Positions 51,669 to 64,000 of a stretch of 64,000 nucleotides of DNA are shown here, in pieces; within the stretch, counting starts at the first letter, position 1; each line of letters starts with the position of its first letter. Source of the DNA: Paramecium tetraurelia (lineage: Eukaryota); assembly GCA_000165425.1 (NCBI GenBank), contig CT868096.1, forward strand, positions 496,001 through 560,000, in the 5' to 3' direction. Below the pieces are notes generated by a model. The model saw only the letters and a list, made by a program, of their open reading frames with translations. It made no database searches and was not told where the DNA came from. Made by a program: the position numbers and the translations under genes.

Positions 51669-52589
51669 TCAATCGCAAATTTATTTATATGTACATTATT
51701 TTGGTTTAGGATTTTAAGAATCTAATTCCTTCTAATAGTTTTCATCTGCTATTGCTGGATTAGGATTTGTATGGTATATCCAATAGAGATAGCAATACAA
51801 ACTGCTATCGTTTTCCTAGACTATATATATTAATCTTTGTTCCATTTTTACAAATGTTCGTTAACCATTATAATTTTATAACTCGGCCGTGAAAAAGTTA
51901 GATTTTCTAGAAACTGCTTCAAACATCTTGCTCCATACATCCAAATATGATTCGACTCTTATGGCACAAGGCAACATTTGGGTTTAAATTAAATTCCATT
52001 CCATCATTTCTCTTGTTATTCCCATTAAATGAAGATATTTCATATTGTTTATGTATTTTAAAACTTTTGATCCGGCTGAATCAAATCTTATTAAGTAAGA
52101 TTCATATGGAAATTAGGAAGCATACATGTCGAGATAATACACATCAGTGCATTAACTGACTTAAATGCTTCTTTTTTTGTGTTCGATCATAAAATTTTAT
52201 ATGTCATCTTTACTTTTTTACAAGTTCATTTTCTCTAGTAAGTTAAATATGACTTCTATGTTCACACATTGCAAATCTCTTGGGGACAATGTAAAAGCTT
52301 GCTTATCTGAAAAGTAATCAGTTTATAATATTTTGTACCCTACTGTAAAAATATTTGTGCACAATTCTCCTAAATTAGAATCGATTTGATAATCAGTGCT
52401 GAAGATAATATCTATTTCAGTTCTTAAGTATTCTCTCATATTTAAGGTCTTCGGAATGTTAACAATGATTTAAAATTCCTTTTTTATTGCACAATATTTT
52501 CTTTATTCTTTTTACTTTTATTTCGCTATTTTGGAAGATTTCGATAAACCTATGATTTAAGTGTCAACAATATTTTAATTGCTTTGCAT
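51669..52589 (-). CDS. Hypothetical protein
   Basis: MQSNQNIVDTQIIGL..; open code-6 frame with probable mini-introns, ends ..CTYKQICD*. Confidence 0.6.
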
Positions 52590-53945
52590 GTTTTCTCAGA
52601 TGAATCCAAATTTAATATATTTTAAATCAATAAACTTTTCTAAACATTTAATAACCTTCTGAGATAATAAGCTTTAAATGACCTAATTTATTTAAAAAAA
52701 ATTAATTTTCCTCAAAATGTTGTCATCATCAAGAGATTTTCTCATTTTCCTGAGTTTTCCTTTCTAATAAAGAGAACAATTTTTCATATTAATAGATCTA
52801 TATAACTTTATTACAATATCAATTATTATTGCCAAACATATAAACAATCTATTTATTAAGAATCAGACCTAATACATGAGTAATTATGTTAATTAAACAT
52901 TATTATTATTTATTGTAATCAAATCTAATTTTATATTAACATTATCAAATTAATTTACGATATTTTCAATTCAAAATATATTATAATAATTAAGTAAGAT
53001 AGTTTGTTGCATGATGCGTTCTAAAGACCAATTCACCTTTTTTTGGTTGGTCACATATTCCAAATAAGATTTTTGCAAGATATAATTGGATGGCTTAATA
53101 TTTTAGTCCTAATTGTTAGATTCCCTTAAATAAATGGAACATCAAATCAAGCATTTTTGAACAATTATTAAGTAATCATTTTACAGAATCATAAGAGATG
53201 CTTAAGCCGATGAAAATTGCATTTATTCCTATAAAATGAACTTTTTTGTTTAAATTTTTTTGTCAGAAATAATAAAATATTATCATTAGTTTTATTCATA
53301 TTTGTATTAAATTGATAATTAAATAATCATATAATTATTTTCTATGATCTAAGTCCTTCTCATTTAAATAAAATTCCATTTTGTAAAGTAACAAGCTTGC
53401 AACAAATTTATAACCAAATTGATTTTAAATATATTATTGCGATAAAATATGATCATCGGTCTCATTTATTAGTATAATTTATGAGCAAATTTGAGGTAAA
53501 TTGATATTATTGACTTTAAAATTATTGAACTATTATTGTGATTATTCAATATTCATAGGAATCCTCTTAAATCAAGAATCATATCTACATAGAGGGTGTA
53601 TAAGAATGAAATTTCTCACTTTCTTATATTAACGCATTTTTAGATCAACAAAATGGTTGTTAATTTCTAATCCATGTATATCTAACAAAAGAAACTATGT
53701 TGTAGTTTATTAGTTGATTCTTATGGATTAATAGAGTTAATTATTGAATAAACTTTAATATTAAGTTACTTGAATTAAGTCAAAGAGATTAACTTTCATT
53801 TTAATGATTAATATTATAAAGAAATAGTTTTCCGATGATGTCATTATTCCCTTTTTGTTTTGATAAATATATCTCATCTATAAAAATAATCGAACTTAGT
53901 AGAATGTGATGAGAATTGTTGTGTTGAATTATCAATTAAATTTAT

Positions 53946-55948
53946 ATGATACTATTTCGATTGGCCATAGCTTTGCTGACTATATAAAGTTGTTCATCTC
54001 AATCTACTCAATGGGTAGTTACTCATCACGAAGGGTGGGATTCAGGGTTTAATCAATTTCAATAAGATGTAGGGTTAGTCACTGACTGCCAGCGTCCAAA
54101 TTATTAAATCATTAGATCAAATCCTTACTTATAGAAAACTATTTCTTTTAGAAATTTTAAACCTTTTGCTCATTCCCTAGTAGTGATTGATTACTTAAGA
54201 CCATAGGGTATGGATGTGCAAATCTAGATATAGAATAAGACTTATGATCCAAAAGAAATCGATCAAATATATGAACGATAAATTATAGATGATTGTCTAG
54301 TGGGAGACATTCAATATATAGAGCAAACATTTGTATAGGAAATATTTGGGAATTAAATACAAGAACTCAATATTGTGTTGATAGGAGGTTAGTCTAAAAA
54401 AGGTATATTTACTGCTGCAAGTGATTAAAAAATTGCAATCAAATAAATACACATACTATAACTACAATGTCCTGAATTTTGTGAAAGATGTGTATATTAA
54501 GATAATGCGGCAGTTTGCACTTAATGTAATGAGGGTTTTGAAACTCATGGTTCACCAAGATGTACTTGCAGTGGATTTAATTAAAATGGCATTTGTGTTG
54601 AAAAGTGCTTTGACGGATTTTCACCAGATTTTTACGATATATGCCAAAACAGAGGTTTAAATTAAATTCATATTAGAAATTATCAAGACCATCAAAGCTT
54701 AATAAAATCTGAGAAAGAATTATAGAAAAGATGAACCATTGGAATTGGAATTCGATTTGGAAAGCTATAGAGCCTTTGAAATAGACATGGAAGTCTAAAT
54801 TTATAACTTTGATGTAAGAGTTTCAACATATTGCTTTATAGTATTTATAAATCTTCTAATTTACAATGAATGATGGACTTTATGCATATTATTTGAATAT
54901 TGATGGTGACAATAATTCTATAAACTTTCAAGAAATATCTTATAGAGACTGTGAATCTGAATAATTTTGCTAAATCTATCATTTTAAATCAAAAATATTA
55001 TAACTAGAACAAAGTAAACTCAACTTATAAGTTCAATTAAGTGAAGATTAATATCCTATATAATTTGAAAATGAATAGCAGAAAAAAATTAATACATATT
55101 GGAAACTAGTAAATTTAAATATAAATGTCTTGATGATTCAAAACACGATTTCACATTTTGAACATTGTTCAGAAATAGCTAAATTTGGATTCTCTGAAAA
55201 ATGCATTAAATGTTAGGCTCCATTCATTGCTTTAGATGGATAATGTGTTGAGAAATGCCCATTCTAATCACCTCTAGGTGAGGATTTATGTTTTGATTCC
55301 GATATTCAGAATACTCAAATATGGTAACTTGATGTATTCAAAAATTAAAATCAATACTAAAATGAAAAATATTGGTTTTATAATGAGGAACCTTTAATTA
55401 GTATTTCTTAGCCACAAACTTATAGGTACCAATATTTGAAACCACATTATGGAATATCAATATAAACAAAGATCTTATTTATTAATGAGAATTCAAAATT
55501 CGTTATCGTTTTGGAAGATCAGTAAATAGTGGTTACTCCAAGTAATAAGGATTAATACAATTAAGGTAACTAGAATAAATCTGATTCATTTGTATATCTT
55601 AATTAATTTATTCCTCATAATGATATAGAACTCAGCTTTTAAATCCAATCTTCATAAATGGTAGGCTAATCTTATATTACTAATACTGTGTTGTTAGTTC
55701 ATTAATGCACTCGTTATTGCAAGTCATGCAGCGGTCCAAAGAAATCAGATTGCTTAGAATTTGAAACAGAACTTCATGAATTTAATGCTATAACTAAACA
55801 ATGCAATGCAGGATATTTTGAAACAAAAGGAGAGTATTGCATTCCTTGTGCAATCGCTGATTGTCTTGTTTGTTCAGATGGCATTGGTTGCTAGTAATGC
55901 TAATTAGGGTGCAAATAAACAAAGTATGGAAGATGTGATTGCAATTGA
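53946..55948 (+). CDS. Secreted cysteine-rich (CxxC, furin-like repeat) protein
   Basis: Signal peptide MILFRLAIALLTIQSCSSQ; CPEFCERC, CTRYCKSCSGPKKSDC, CIPCAIADCLVCSDGIGC; no C-terminal TM seen. Confidence 0.75.
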
Positions 55949-55997
55949 ATGACATAATGTATTATTAATATTCATTAAGACAATATAATAAATCATA

Positions 55998-56832
55998 TCA
56001 ATCCTTTTTTCCAAATAACTCCAATAATAACTACAACAATTATAAAAACAACATTATTATATCAATATATAATTATAATGCAGCCACTATGTAATCATCA
56101 ATAGAATAAGAATATTCCTAAAATTTATAATATATTCTTACTTTGTTTCCCATCAATAACTGTGTATCATAAATTAAATAGAACCCATACAAAATGGCCA
56201 ATCCACCAATATATATCATATGTATAATCTTTGAATTGAATATTAAACACAGTAATCCCAGTACGAGTAGCACTGCTGAAAATATAAAGAGACTTCCTCC
56301 AGCCATCGTAATGTCTGACTTAGTTGTGAAAGCATATAAGGTTAAGGATATTGTTATTGCTAATGTTAACACAGCAGCAATAAGAACCAACTGTCCACCA
56401 TTTTCTGGATAAATCAAATATGCTATTGAACAACTGTAACTCACTATCCAAGATTCACAAAATGTAAATACTCCTAGTATGATGTAATTATTTGGAACTT
56501 TTCTAGAAACACTAAAATTATAAAATAATTGTAGTACTTCTTACAACATATTAAAGAAATCTCACAAATCAAACCAACTATTAACAAAACATAAAACAAC
56601 CAAGTATTTTGTAACTAGTAAACAGCGAATCCTGTTGAAAAGTATGAAAATGTACAAAATATTGTTGTAAATAATAATTGAAAGCTTAAAATTAAGTAAA
56701 CCTAAATTAGATATTAATTCTCACCTTGCGTATGAACTGGATTCTAACATTTTCATCATTTAGTAATGATTTATATCCTATTTAAGTATCTCCCTACTCT
56801 ATGTCAAATGTATTTAAATTTTACTAATACAT
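55998..56832 (-). CDS. Bax inhibitor-1 / lifeguard (TMBIM) family membrane protein
   Basis: RIQFIRKVYLILSFQLLFT, RKVPNNYIILGVFT, LTLYAFTTKSDIT, YLIYDTQLLMG, DDYIVAALQLYIDII. Confidence 0.95.
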
Positions 56833-57276
56833 ATAATTTAATAATAATAATGTAATTTATGTTAATTCTAATTTTATTATTAAAAATTCATCAATTAATT
56901 TTAAAATCGATTCAATTACTTAAGATGATGTTTTATTTTTGTCTGACTTTCTGACAATCTTACACTTCATTTTAATTAGGCCAGTTGATCAAAATTCATT
57001 AATTTACAATTTGCTACTGATTAATCAATACGAAGAGCATGAAGGAAAATTATCAAATTCTAATTTGTTATTCTTTTTTATATGGATTCTGATGTAAAAT
57101 GGACATTTAAACATCTATTAAATAACAAAGATCAAAAAAGAAACAAAGAAGATTAACTATATAGCAATAGAAAAATTATTTGAGAGATTGATGTATTTTT
57201 TTATCAAATTGTAATTCGACAATATCTGTATAAATATATGAATATTAAGAATTCATTTGCTTTAAATTTTCTTTAT

Positions 57277-57903
57277 TCAGCATTAATATAAATTAAGTCT
57301 TATTTCGTTTCTTTACTTAAGGTGATGACTTGTTGATTTTATATTTGAATTATATACATATCCAACGGCTTCTTTTCTTAAAAATCTATTTGCTATTATT
57401 CTAAATAAACGCAAATGGCTATCTTCCTTTATATACTTCTTGATATGCCTAATATTTTTTATATTATTTTTCAAAGATGTTAAGATTTTTAAAAATTCTA
57501 TTCCTTATTTTTCCCCTAGGTATTTTAATATTTCAATTCTCTATCTTATCATAAATAAGATTATAGCTTTTGCATAATTCTTAGATATGTTAGTTGATTT
57601 TAGCGATAAATTTAGAGCTGATACATATTATTTTGATTTCAGTTTATTTGTCATTTTTATTGAATCAACATTTTCTGCTTGTTATTTCTCTTATTATTGA
57701 ACTTAGGAGTGCTCAGTAGGTTATATGGACACATCGGCAACAATACTCTTCTCTTATTAACATTATCCTAGAGGATAATATTAGTTATTGAAGCAAGAGT
57801 TCTATTATCCTAAGTATCCTTAAACAACAGGCACATAATAAATTGGATATATAATTGGTTGTTAGGTTTGGATGTAAGCAGTGGGGAAGGACTGACTCCA
57901 CAT
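57277..57903 (-). CDS. Hypothetical protein, ciliate-type family (P/Q/Y-rich N-terminus, basic helical C-terminus)
   Basis: 627 nt intronless frame; STNISKNYAKAIILF..LFRIIANRFLRKEAVGYVYNSNIK..HHLK. Confidence 0.75.
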
Positions 57904-57999
57904 AAGTTTTTAATTATTATTTAATCGATTTCATTTTACTATTTAAAGTAGAATTTTCGGTTTATTTCCTTATTAAAATACTATATATTTTTTAAATAT

Positions 58000-59300
58000 T
58001 TTTGTAGTTTTATTAATGTGATCACAACTGATTAGCATACTCTATTGCAGACTTACCATAAAGAGTCTTGCTATGGTTTGCATATATCTACAATGTAATA
58101 AGTGAGGTAGAAGAGTATTTCAACTAAAGTTTTTAAATTATCAGTTTTTTTCAAAGATGTTATCAGTTATATTACTTGGTAAAATTTGTAATAATTAATT
58201 TAAATTACTGATAACTTCGATTCCCCAGAGCATTTATCAATAGATCTGTGGACCTATGATTTAGGCTTTGTAAATAGTTTCCATATATAAGAAAAACATC
58301 CAATATCAAATTATATTATTCCAATAAAATTATTAAATTGTTAATTCAAAATAGTTACAATCATTAATTCAGGTGGTATAGAAATTTTATTTGAATCAAT
58401 AATCCATTTTCTTGATGATTGCATACTCACATTTCAAATTAGGGGATTGACATTTATTTACGAAAAATGAATACTTTAATAGCAACTTTGATAAAATTTT
58501 AATTAATCTCTGAATAAACAACTCTGCATATTATTTATCATCAGAATGGCTCATCATAATTGTAAGTCTTCTATTAATATTTTTCATTTTTAAAGTGACA
58601 CAGGTAATCAAATAATTTCTATAAAGTAATATTTAAATATAATTTTGATACGCCTTAAAACTCAAAGTGATCATCTATAATGTAAATTTAGATTCTAAAA
58701 TTTGTATTAAGTTAAAATATTTTTAAAAGGAATCTCCTATTTTTACTAAAAAATTCTTTAATAAAAAAATGGTATTTGAATTTTGCGAACATACTTACTA
58801 ACCAGCCTATTCAAGATGAATTCTACTTTCTAGCATGGATTCTATTTTTTTCAATTCTTGATTGCATTACCCTTTCATTAAAAATATTATTTCTTAATAA
58901 CATATTTATTTTACATTCTTAGGATGAACTTTCTCAAAATTTACCATTGAGTTTAAATTACAGGATATGAGTTATAATCTATCTGCGTATTCTTTAGAAT
59001 TTATTTAATCTATATAATCTATCTGATTCCCTTTCAAATATATATTCCTTTTTATTGAGGCCTATTGATACAAAATCTACCATAGATTATTCATTTAATG
59101 CTTATACTATGCTTTAAAGATGATTTAAATCAATTATGTATCAACTTCATTTAATCTTATGAATAGTACTATTATTGTTTATCAAGTATTTTTGATAACA
59201 ATAAATTTTGAGTGGATAATTAGATAAAATTGGAGAATAATAATAAAATTAGACTATATAATTTAGTATTAATTAAAGATAAGGGAAATTGAAGTTCTTT
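58000..59300 (-). pseudogene. Possible decayed Ser/Thr kinase gene
   Basis: Ordered broken fragments LESRIHLEQ..KYVRKI, LYRN, IPPEL, DIGCFSY, DLLINAL loosely follow kinase subdomain order; many TGAs and frameshifts. Confidence 0.25.
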
Positions 59301-59445
59301 CGTTTTGCATCTTTTATTGATTCTTATATGAAAACTAAGTATAAATAATTATTATTTATAAAATTGATAAAAAGTATAAATTATTGATATCAAATGTTAG
59401 CATATATTTGAAAGCGAATATTAATATATAAAATTCAATGTTAAT

Positions 59446-60438
59446 TCAAAAAATTTGCCACCATGATTTTTCTGATTGAGGTCTATTTCGACTAGATGAT
59501 AATAGACCACAACACATTCCATTATTATTTCCAGATGCTTTGACTCCTTCTTATTTAATAACTTATTATTAAATTATCTATGGTCGATGAGAGAATATTT
59601 TGTATTGAGTAGGTTTGATATCTTTGAGCATTTTCTAGACTTCATCTTTTGCACAATGATGCTTTGACAATTGTAATGCTGTCTTGCCTTTAGTACTTAA
59701 TTTATCTTTTGATGCTCCTCTTGAGAGCAGAAATCGTATGACATCCAAATTAACTCTTAGATCTCTTGGATTTAATTTATCTTTGACTGCACAAAAGAGC
59801 ATCAATAAAGTGTATCCTTTTTCAGCATTTACTACTGCATCAATATTAGCTCCATTGTCAATCAATAATTCAGCCAGTTTAAAACACAATTGTTTATTCT
59901 CAAAATAATTGGTTTCCTCTTCCAATCTGCTGAAACAATAAAATAAAGGCACAGATCCCTTTGAATCTGCTTGATTTACATTTGCATCTTATTAAACTAG
60001 AAGTTCAGCTATCTCATAATATCCATTGCTACAAGCTAATTTTAATGCTGACAATTCTTATGGTTTACTAACCATATTCACTTCTATTGCCTCGTTTTGT
60101 AAGAGCAATTTTACTATTTCTAACTAACCTGTCGCAACTGCCAATGCCAAAGGGAATATTTATTTATCTATTAAATCTTCGCTAAATTCTTCTAAATAAT
60201 TTAAATCTCTAAGATGAATTTTCATAGATTTTAATTAATCTATATTTCCTTCATAAATGGAATGTAAAATAAGTTGTTCAATATTGCAAATGTTAGTATT
60301 TGAAAAACGATATGCTAGCATAAATACACTCTACTTACTTGATTCTTCTTTCTTAATTTCTATTGTTTACATATCAGGATTCGGATCAGCATTGACTTAA
60401 GGTAATTCTCCTATTATCTAATGAGAATTTGATCTCAT
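59446..60438 (-). CDS. Ankyrin repeat protein
   Basis: PLALAVATGQLEIVKLLL, SALKLACSNGYYEIAELLVQQDANVN, LLIDNGANID, GKTALQL; 993 nt intronless. Confidence 0.92.
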
Positions 60439-60682
60439 TAATTTTATATTTTATAATTAATATGTATGTTAAAATTAATTCCAGAAAAGAATTTCACATT
60501 TAAATGAATTTGCAAAAAATCTACATTTTTTAGAGCTTCAAAAATTTAACAAAATTCTTTTGTTCTCTAATTTATAATTTTCAATAAACCATTTTTGATA
60601 ATAAATAGCTGTTATTTTTAAATTTAATTGTACATTTGTTTACAGTAATAAATTTACTATAAATATATCACTTATTATTAAT

Positions 60683-61241
60683 ATGAAGAAAAGGAATATA
60701 TATTCTGATGATTTCGGAGTTCTTAATTATTTAGCCAAAGTTTAGTTCAATATATAAATTATAATGAAGTATCTTTAATTTAATAATTTTTTATAATAAA
60801 TTACCAGTTCAAAAAGCAAATGTCTAAAGGTACTCATCTCTGCTAACTAATATAGGCAAGAAATCAGAACCCTTATTAATGGAAGTCGATATAGTGGAAA
60901 AGGAATCACATTAGAGAGCCAAAGAAGGTATAATATTTTTCTTGATTTATCTAGAAATAAAAAGAAAAGGAATTTCTAGTGATCCACATCCAAAGGATAG
61001 AGAATCTGGAACAGGAAGAGGGTATCATAACGAGTGATATGTTAATAGAAAAGAGATGAGAAAGAATGGAACAGGAAAAAATAATTGGGGGACCTATCAA
61101 GATGATATGAAAGACTATGGAGTTGATGAAGATGAGTAGGAAGACATGTACTATGATGATATAGAACAAAACTCTAGTAAATTTAGAGCAGCTCACTAGG
61201 GAATTGTAGTTGATGACCATAATTTCCCAAAACTAAGTTGA
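60683..61241 (+). CDS. HABP4/PAI-RBP1 (SERBP1/Stm1-like) RNA/ribosome-binding protein
   Basis: HPKDRESGTGRGKEMRKNGTGKNNWG and terminal DDHNFPKLS*. Confidence 0.8.
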
Positions 61242-61259
61242 TTATTAATTATTATATAA

Positions 61260-62158
61260 TCAATCATCTAAAGATTTAGTTATTTTTTCTTTTGTTTTAT
61301 CTTAGGGTTCTTGTGTTTCTTATGTGGTTTAGGTTTGTTTCTTTTAAAAAAACTTGCCAATTCCATTTTTAAATTATTGATCCTTGTACTCCTCGAGTGT
61401 GATTAAACATTTTTCACTTTTTTCTTTTATATTATTAACATATGGAGCAACTTTGGTGACTTGTACTTATCCCCAAATCTTCTTTTGGGAATTCAAAATT
61501 TTCTTGTCTATAATGTCAAAGAAGCCTCTACAATAATAATGATAATTGCTTACACTTTTGGATTGATCCAGAGATCGATTTCGTCATCCTCTAATAGGAC
61601 AGGCATTCTATCATGTACCTTAGCATATTCTCCAAAAGCATCTCTAGTTAAAACGAAGATTTCATCATCATCTGTGTACATAGCTGCTAAATATAAGGGT
61701 TTATTTGTAGAGAATTTAAATGGCTCCTTTTTCTTATTCCATTCATAGTATCCATCAGCAATTATAACACATCTTTTTTTATCTAAGAATGGTTTAAAGG
61801 TATGTTTCTCATGCATTTCTTCTATTCTGGCATTGATGATAAGATTGAACTTTGTTTAGAATCCCCATTTAAAAAAATCAAGTCCTCTTTTATTCTTTTA
61901 TTTTTCGATAACTTCTTAGCTTTACTCCTCAATCTATTGTTCAATGTCTGAAGATTAATTCATTTCTTATTCCACATTATTTGGTTCTTCGTACTCTTAG
62001 AAATTGTCATCATCCTCAACATGTCGAATAGCCGGGATATAATTTGTTGGTCCCATGTTATAAGTTGGGTTAAAATTGGCAACATTCCTAACCCTTCTTG
62101 TTTAAGCAAATTGCAATAATTGAGCAATGTTATGAATCTGAAATATTCGTCCGCACAT
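61260..62158 (-). CDS. HMCES: SRAP-domain abasic-site-protecting protein (HMCES/YedK)
   Basis: MCGR (Cys2), YNMGPT, KWG, INARIE, RCVIIADGYYEW, VHDRMPVLL, VAPYVNN. Confidence 0.93.
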
Positions 62159-62264
62159 TATCAGAATGTTAGTATTTTTATTAAATAATAAATAATTGCA
62201 TTTCTTGCATTTGAATATTGAATTATATTTACAATACATTAGTTTTGATATTAAAAATATTAAA

Positions 62265-64000
62265 ATGGCATTATAACCCTGCAAAATTTTATCTATTCTC
62301 TCTCCAAATCAATTTATGATCTAAACACAATAATAAAAGATTGCAATTGTAGGCGATGGAATTCCCAACTTTTTAACAAAAGATAATTTGATTGTGAAGT
62401 AAAAGTCTCTCTAAAGGTTTTTGGAATAATTATCATATGTCAACAAGGATGCATTGTATTTATCTAAATCGAATCAAATCTAACTGAATGGAATTGATCT
62501 CATTCAAAATATTGAGGATAGTGAAGAGATATAATTAAATCTAGTTGGTGTAAAGAATTAAGCACCCAAAGAATCTTCAGTGGTTAATGAGTTTATTAGA
62601 GAAAAGAGAAGTAAGACACTTAAAGCTATTTTGGTATCTTTTGAATAGAATAGTTTAAACTTTCTTTACTAAAATGACACAATCATCTCTGTAGTACCAA
62701 ATGCAATAACAATAGATGGTATCTATATTGTATACATTCAGATTTTGGAATTAAAGATCAAGAGTACACAAAATTGATATAGACTGAATGGCTAAACAAA
62801 GAGTTTAATATCACTTTTAAAGGAACATCGATAATGAGTGTTCTCTAAAATGAAAATGTCATAAACATACCTGTTTTAAGAGCTGAATTACATTTCACAA
62901 ACTAACCAAATATAGAATTAAGCAATGAATTTTATTCCTCTTTAGTTCAAAAAGGGTTTGCTTCTATTAGTGATTGGGGGTATTTATTTTAATAAAAACC
63001 TAGAAAATTAAACTTATCTCAAAACTCATTCTAGTTATTGTATTAGTGTTAAGAAGAAGCCAAACGATAAAATTTAGGAATGTGGAAAGCTGGAGAATTA
63101 GATAGGGGTATGCTAAACTCTGTCACTTCTTAATTATAAGGATAAGTAGTTGAAATTATTGAGGCAAATTAATTCTATATAAAAACTAATACAGAAAAGT
63201 TGAATATAAAGTTAGATAGGATTTTCATTGAAGGCTAAGAAGCAAAAGAATTTACAAGGAAATTATTGATTGGAAAATAAGTGTATGTTTTATAGGTTGG
63301 CGACAACACTCCTTTGTATTCTATTCAATTAATTGAAAACAATCTTGATATAGAGGAAGAACTTATTTCGAATGGATGGGCTACACCAAAAGAGAGCTAT
63401 CCTGGCCTATCCAAATTCAAATATTAATAATTTATATAAATTAATTAGATTGCAAAATAGAAAAAACTAGGATAATATAGTCAAGAATTAACTTGGAGAG
63501 TTGAAGATTAAACAGACTCCAAATCAGGAAAGTGTGTAAATGAAATAATTTGGTCAAACATTTAGAGAGACAAGTAAAGTGCCAAATAATCTGGAGTGAG
63601 CACTGGGATTAGTATAAAGGAGGATTATTTATTAGAAGTTTTGATCGATAAAATTCACCTCAATGGATCGTTATAAATGACTATCATTAAATATCATTCT
63701 ATGGTCAACTTTTAAATAAATGGAATTACTAATTTACATGAATTTGAAACAAGTTTTCCATCAATAGCCAAATATCAAGAACAAAGGTATAATTATACAT
63801 ACAATCTATTGATGTAAAGAAATGTTTGGGTGTATTTTGAACATTTCAACATTTAAGAAAACCATTTTTATGGTAGAATTTATCTCAAGAAGAATAACAA
63901 AGACAGTGATTTTACTATAAATTTATTATCAGAAGGATTAACATTTATAAAAAGCAATACAGATTATTATGATAGGTATGAGGAAGCCTAAAAATAAGCA
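62265..64000 (+). CDS. Divergent Tudor-SN (staphylococcal nuclease repeat) protein, 3'-truncated by window
   Basis: LVQKGFA..QEEAKRQNLGMWK, EAKEFTRKLLIGKQVYV, EELISNGWA..AKQKKLG, LMQRNVWV..NLLSEGL..YEEAQKQA. Confidence 0.75.

Noticed and set aside
2755..62284. Many supplied ORFs (e.g. 2755-2949, 4683-4868, 18718-18936, 38483-38746, 42955-43269, 56194-56412, 59684-59908, 60951-61220, 61461-61748)
   Set aside because: Antisense or off-frame shadows of real code-6 genes
1..64000. Frequent in-frame TAA/TAG as evidence of pseudogenes or a novel code
   Set aside because: They fall at Gln positions in conserved proteins (CCT6, NDUFV2, ASNS); this is the standard ciliate code 6
60683..64000. SERBP1-HMCES-Tudor-SN as a functional gene cluster
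   Set aside because: Only adjacency supports it; neighbouring genes in this compact genome are usually unrelated

Overview
AT-rich, gene-dense eukaryotic DNA using the ciliate genetic code (TAA/TAG = Gln, TGA the only stop) with tiny 20-29 nt GT..AG introns and very short intergenic spacers. This pattern plus four trichocyst matrix protein-like genes indicates a Paramecium (aurelia-type) macronuclear scaffold; the species is inferred, not proven. The supplied ORF track uses the wrong code and only shows fragments, so I retranslated by hand. About 36 protein genes are supported, including: DUSP-USP-like protein, TEY MAP kinase, DNAL4-type dynein light chain, Nta1-type amidase, RPS30, aquaporin, asparagine synthetase, XMAP215/TOG, C11orf65/MFI, RCC1-repeat protein, ZNF207/BuGZ, importin-alpha-like, papain protease, RagA/Gtr1, DUF922-like HExxH protein, CCCH finger, NDUFV2, CCT6, TMBIM, ankyrin, SERBP1-like, HMCES/SRAP and Tudor-SN-like. 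There is one tRNA-Cys and several gene-sized gaps that look like decayed genes. No transposon, CRISPR or telomere was seen. Best leads: a tRNA-Cys with covarying A18/G55 in place of G18/U55; a shared CCGTTTT (AACGG) motif at the start of all four trichocyst-matrix-like genes; a bacterial-type DUF922 zincin with a large insert; a probably inactive USP; and a box C/D-like hairpin. No clear multi-gene novel system was found. Coordinates are hand-derived and some gene ends are approximate.
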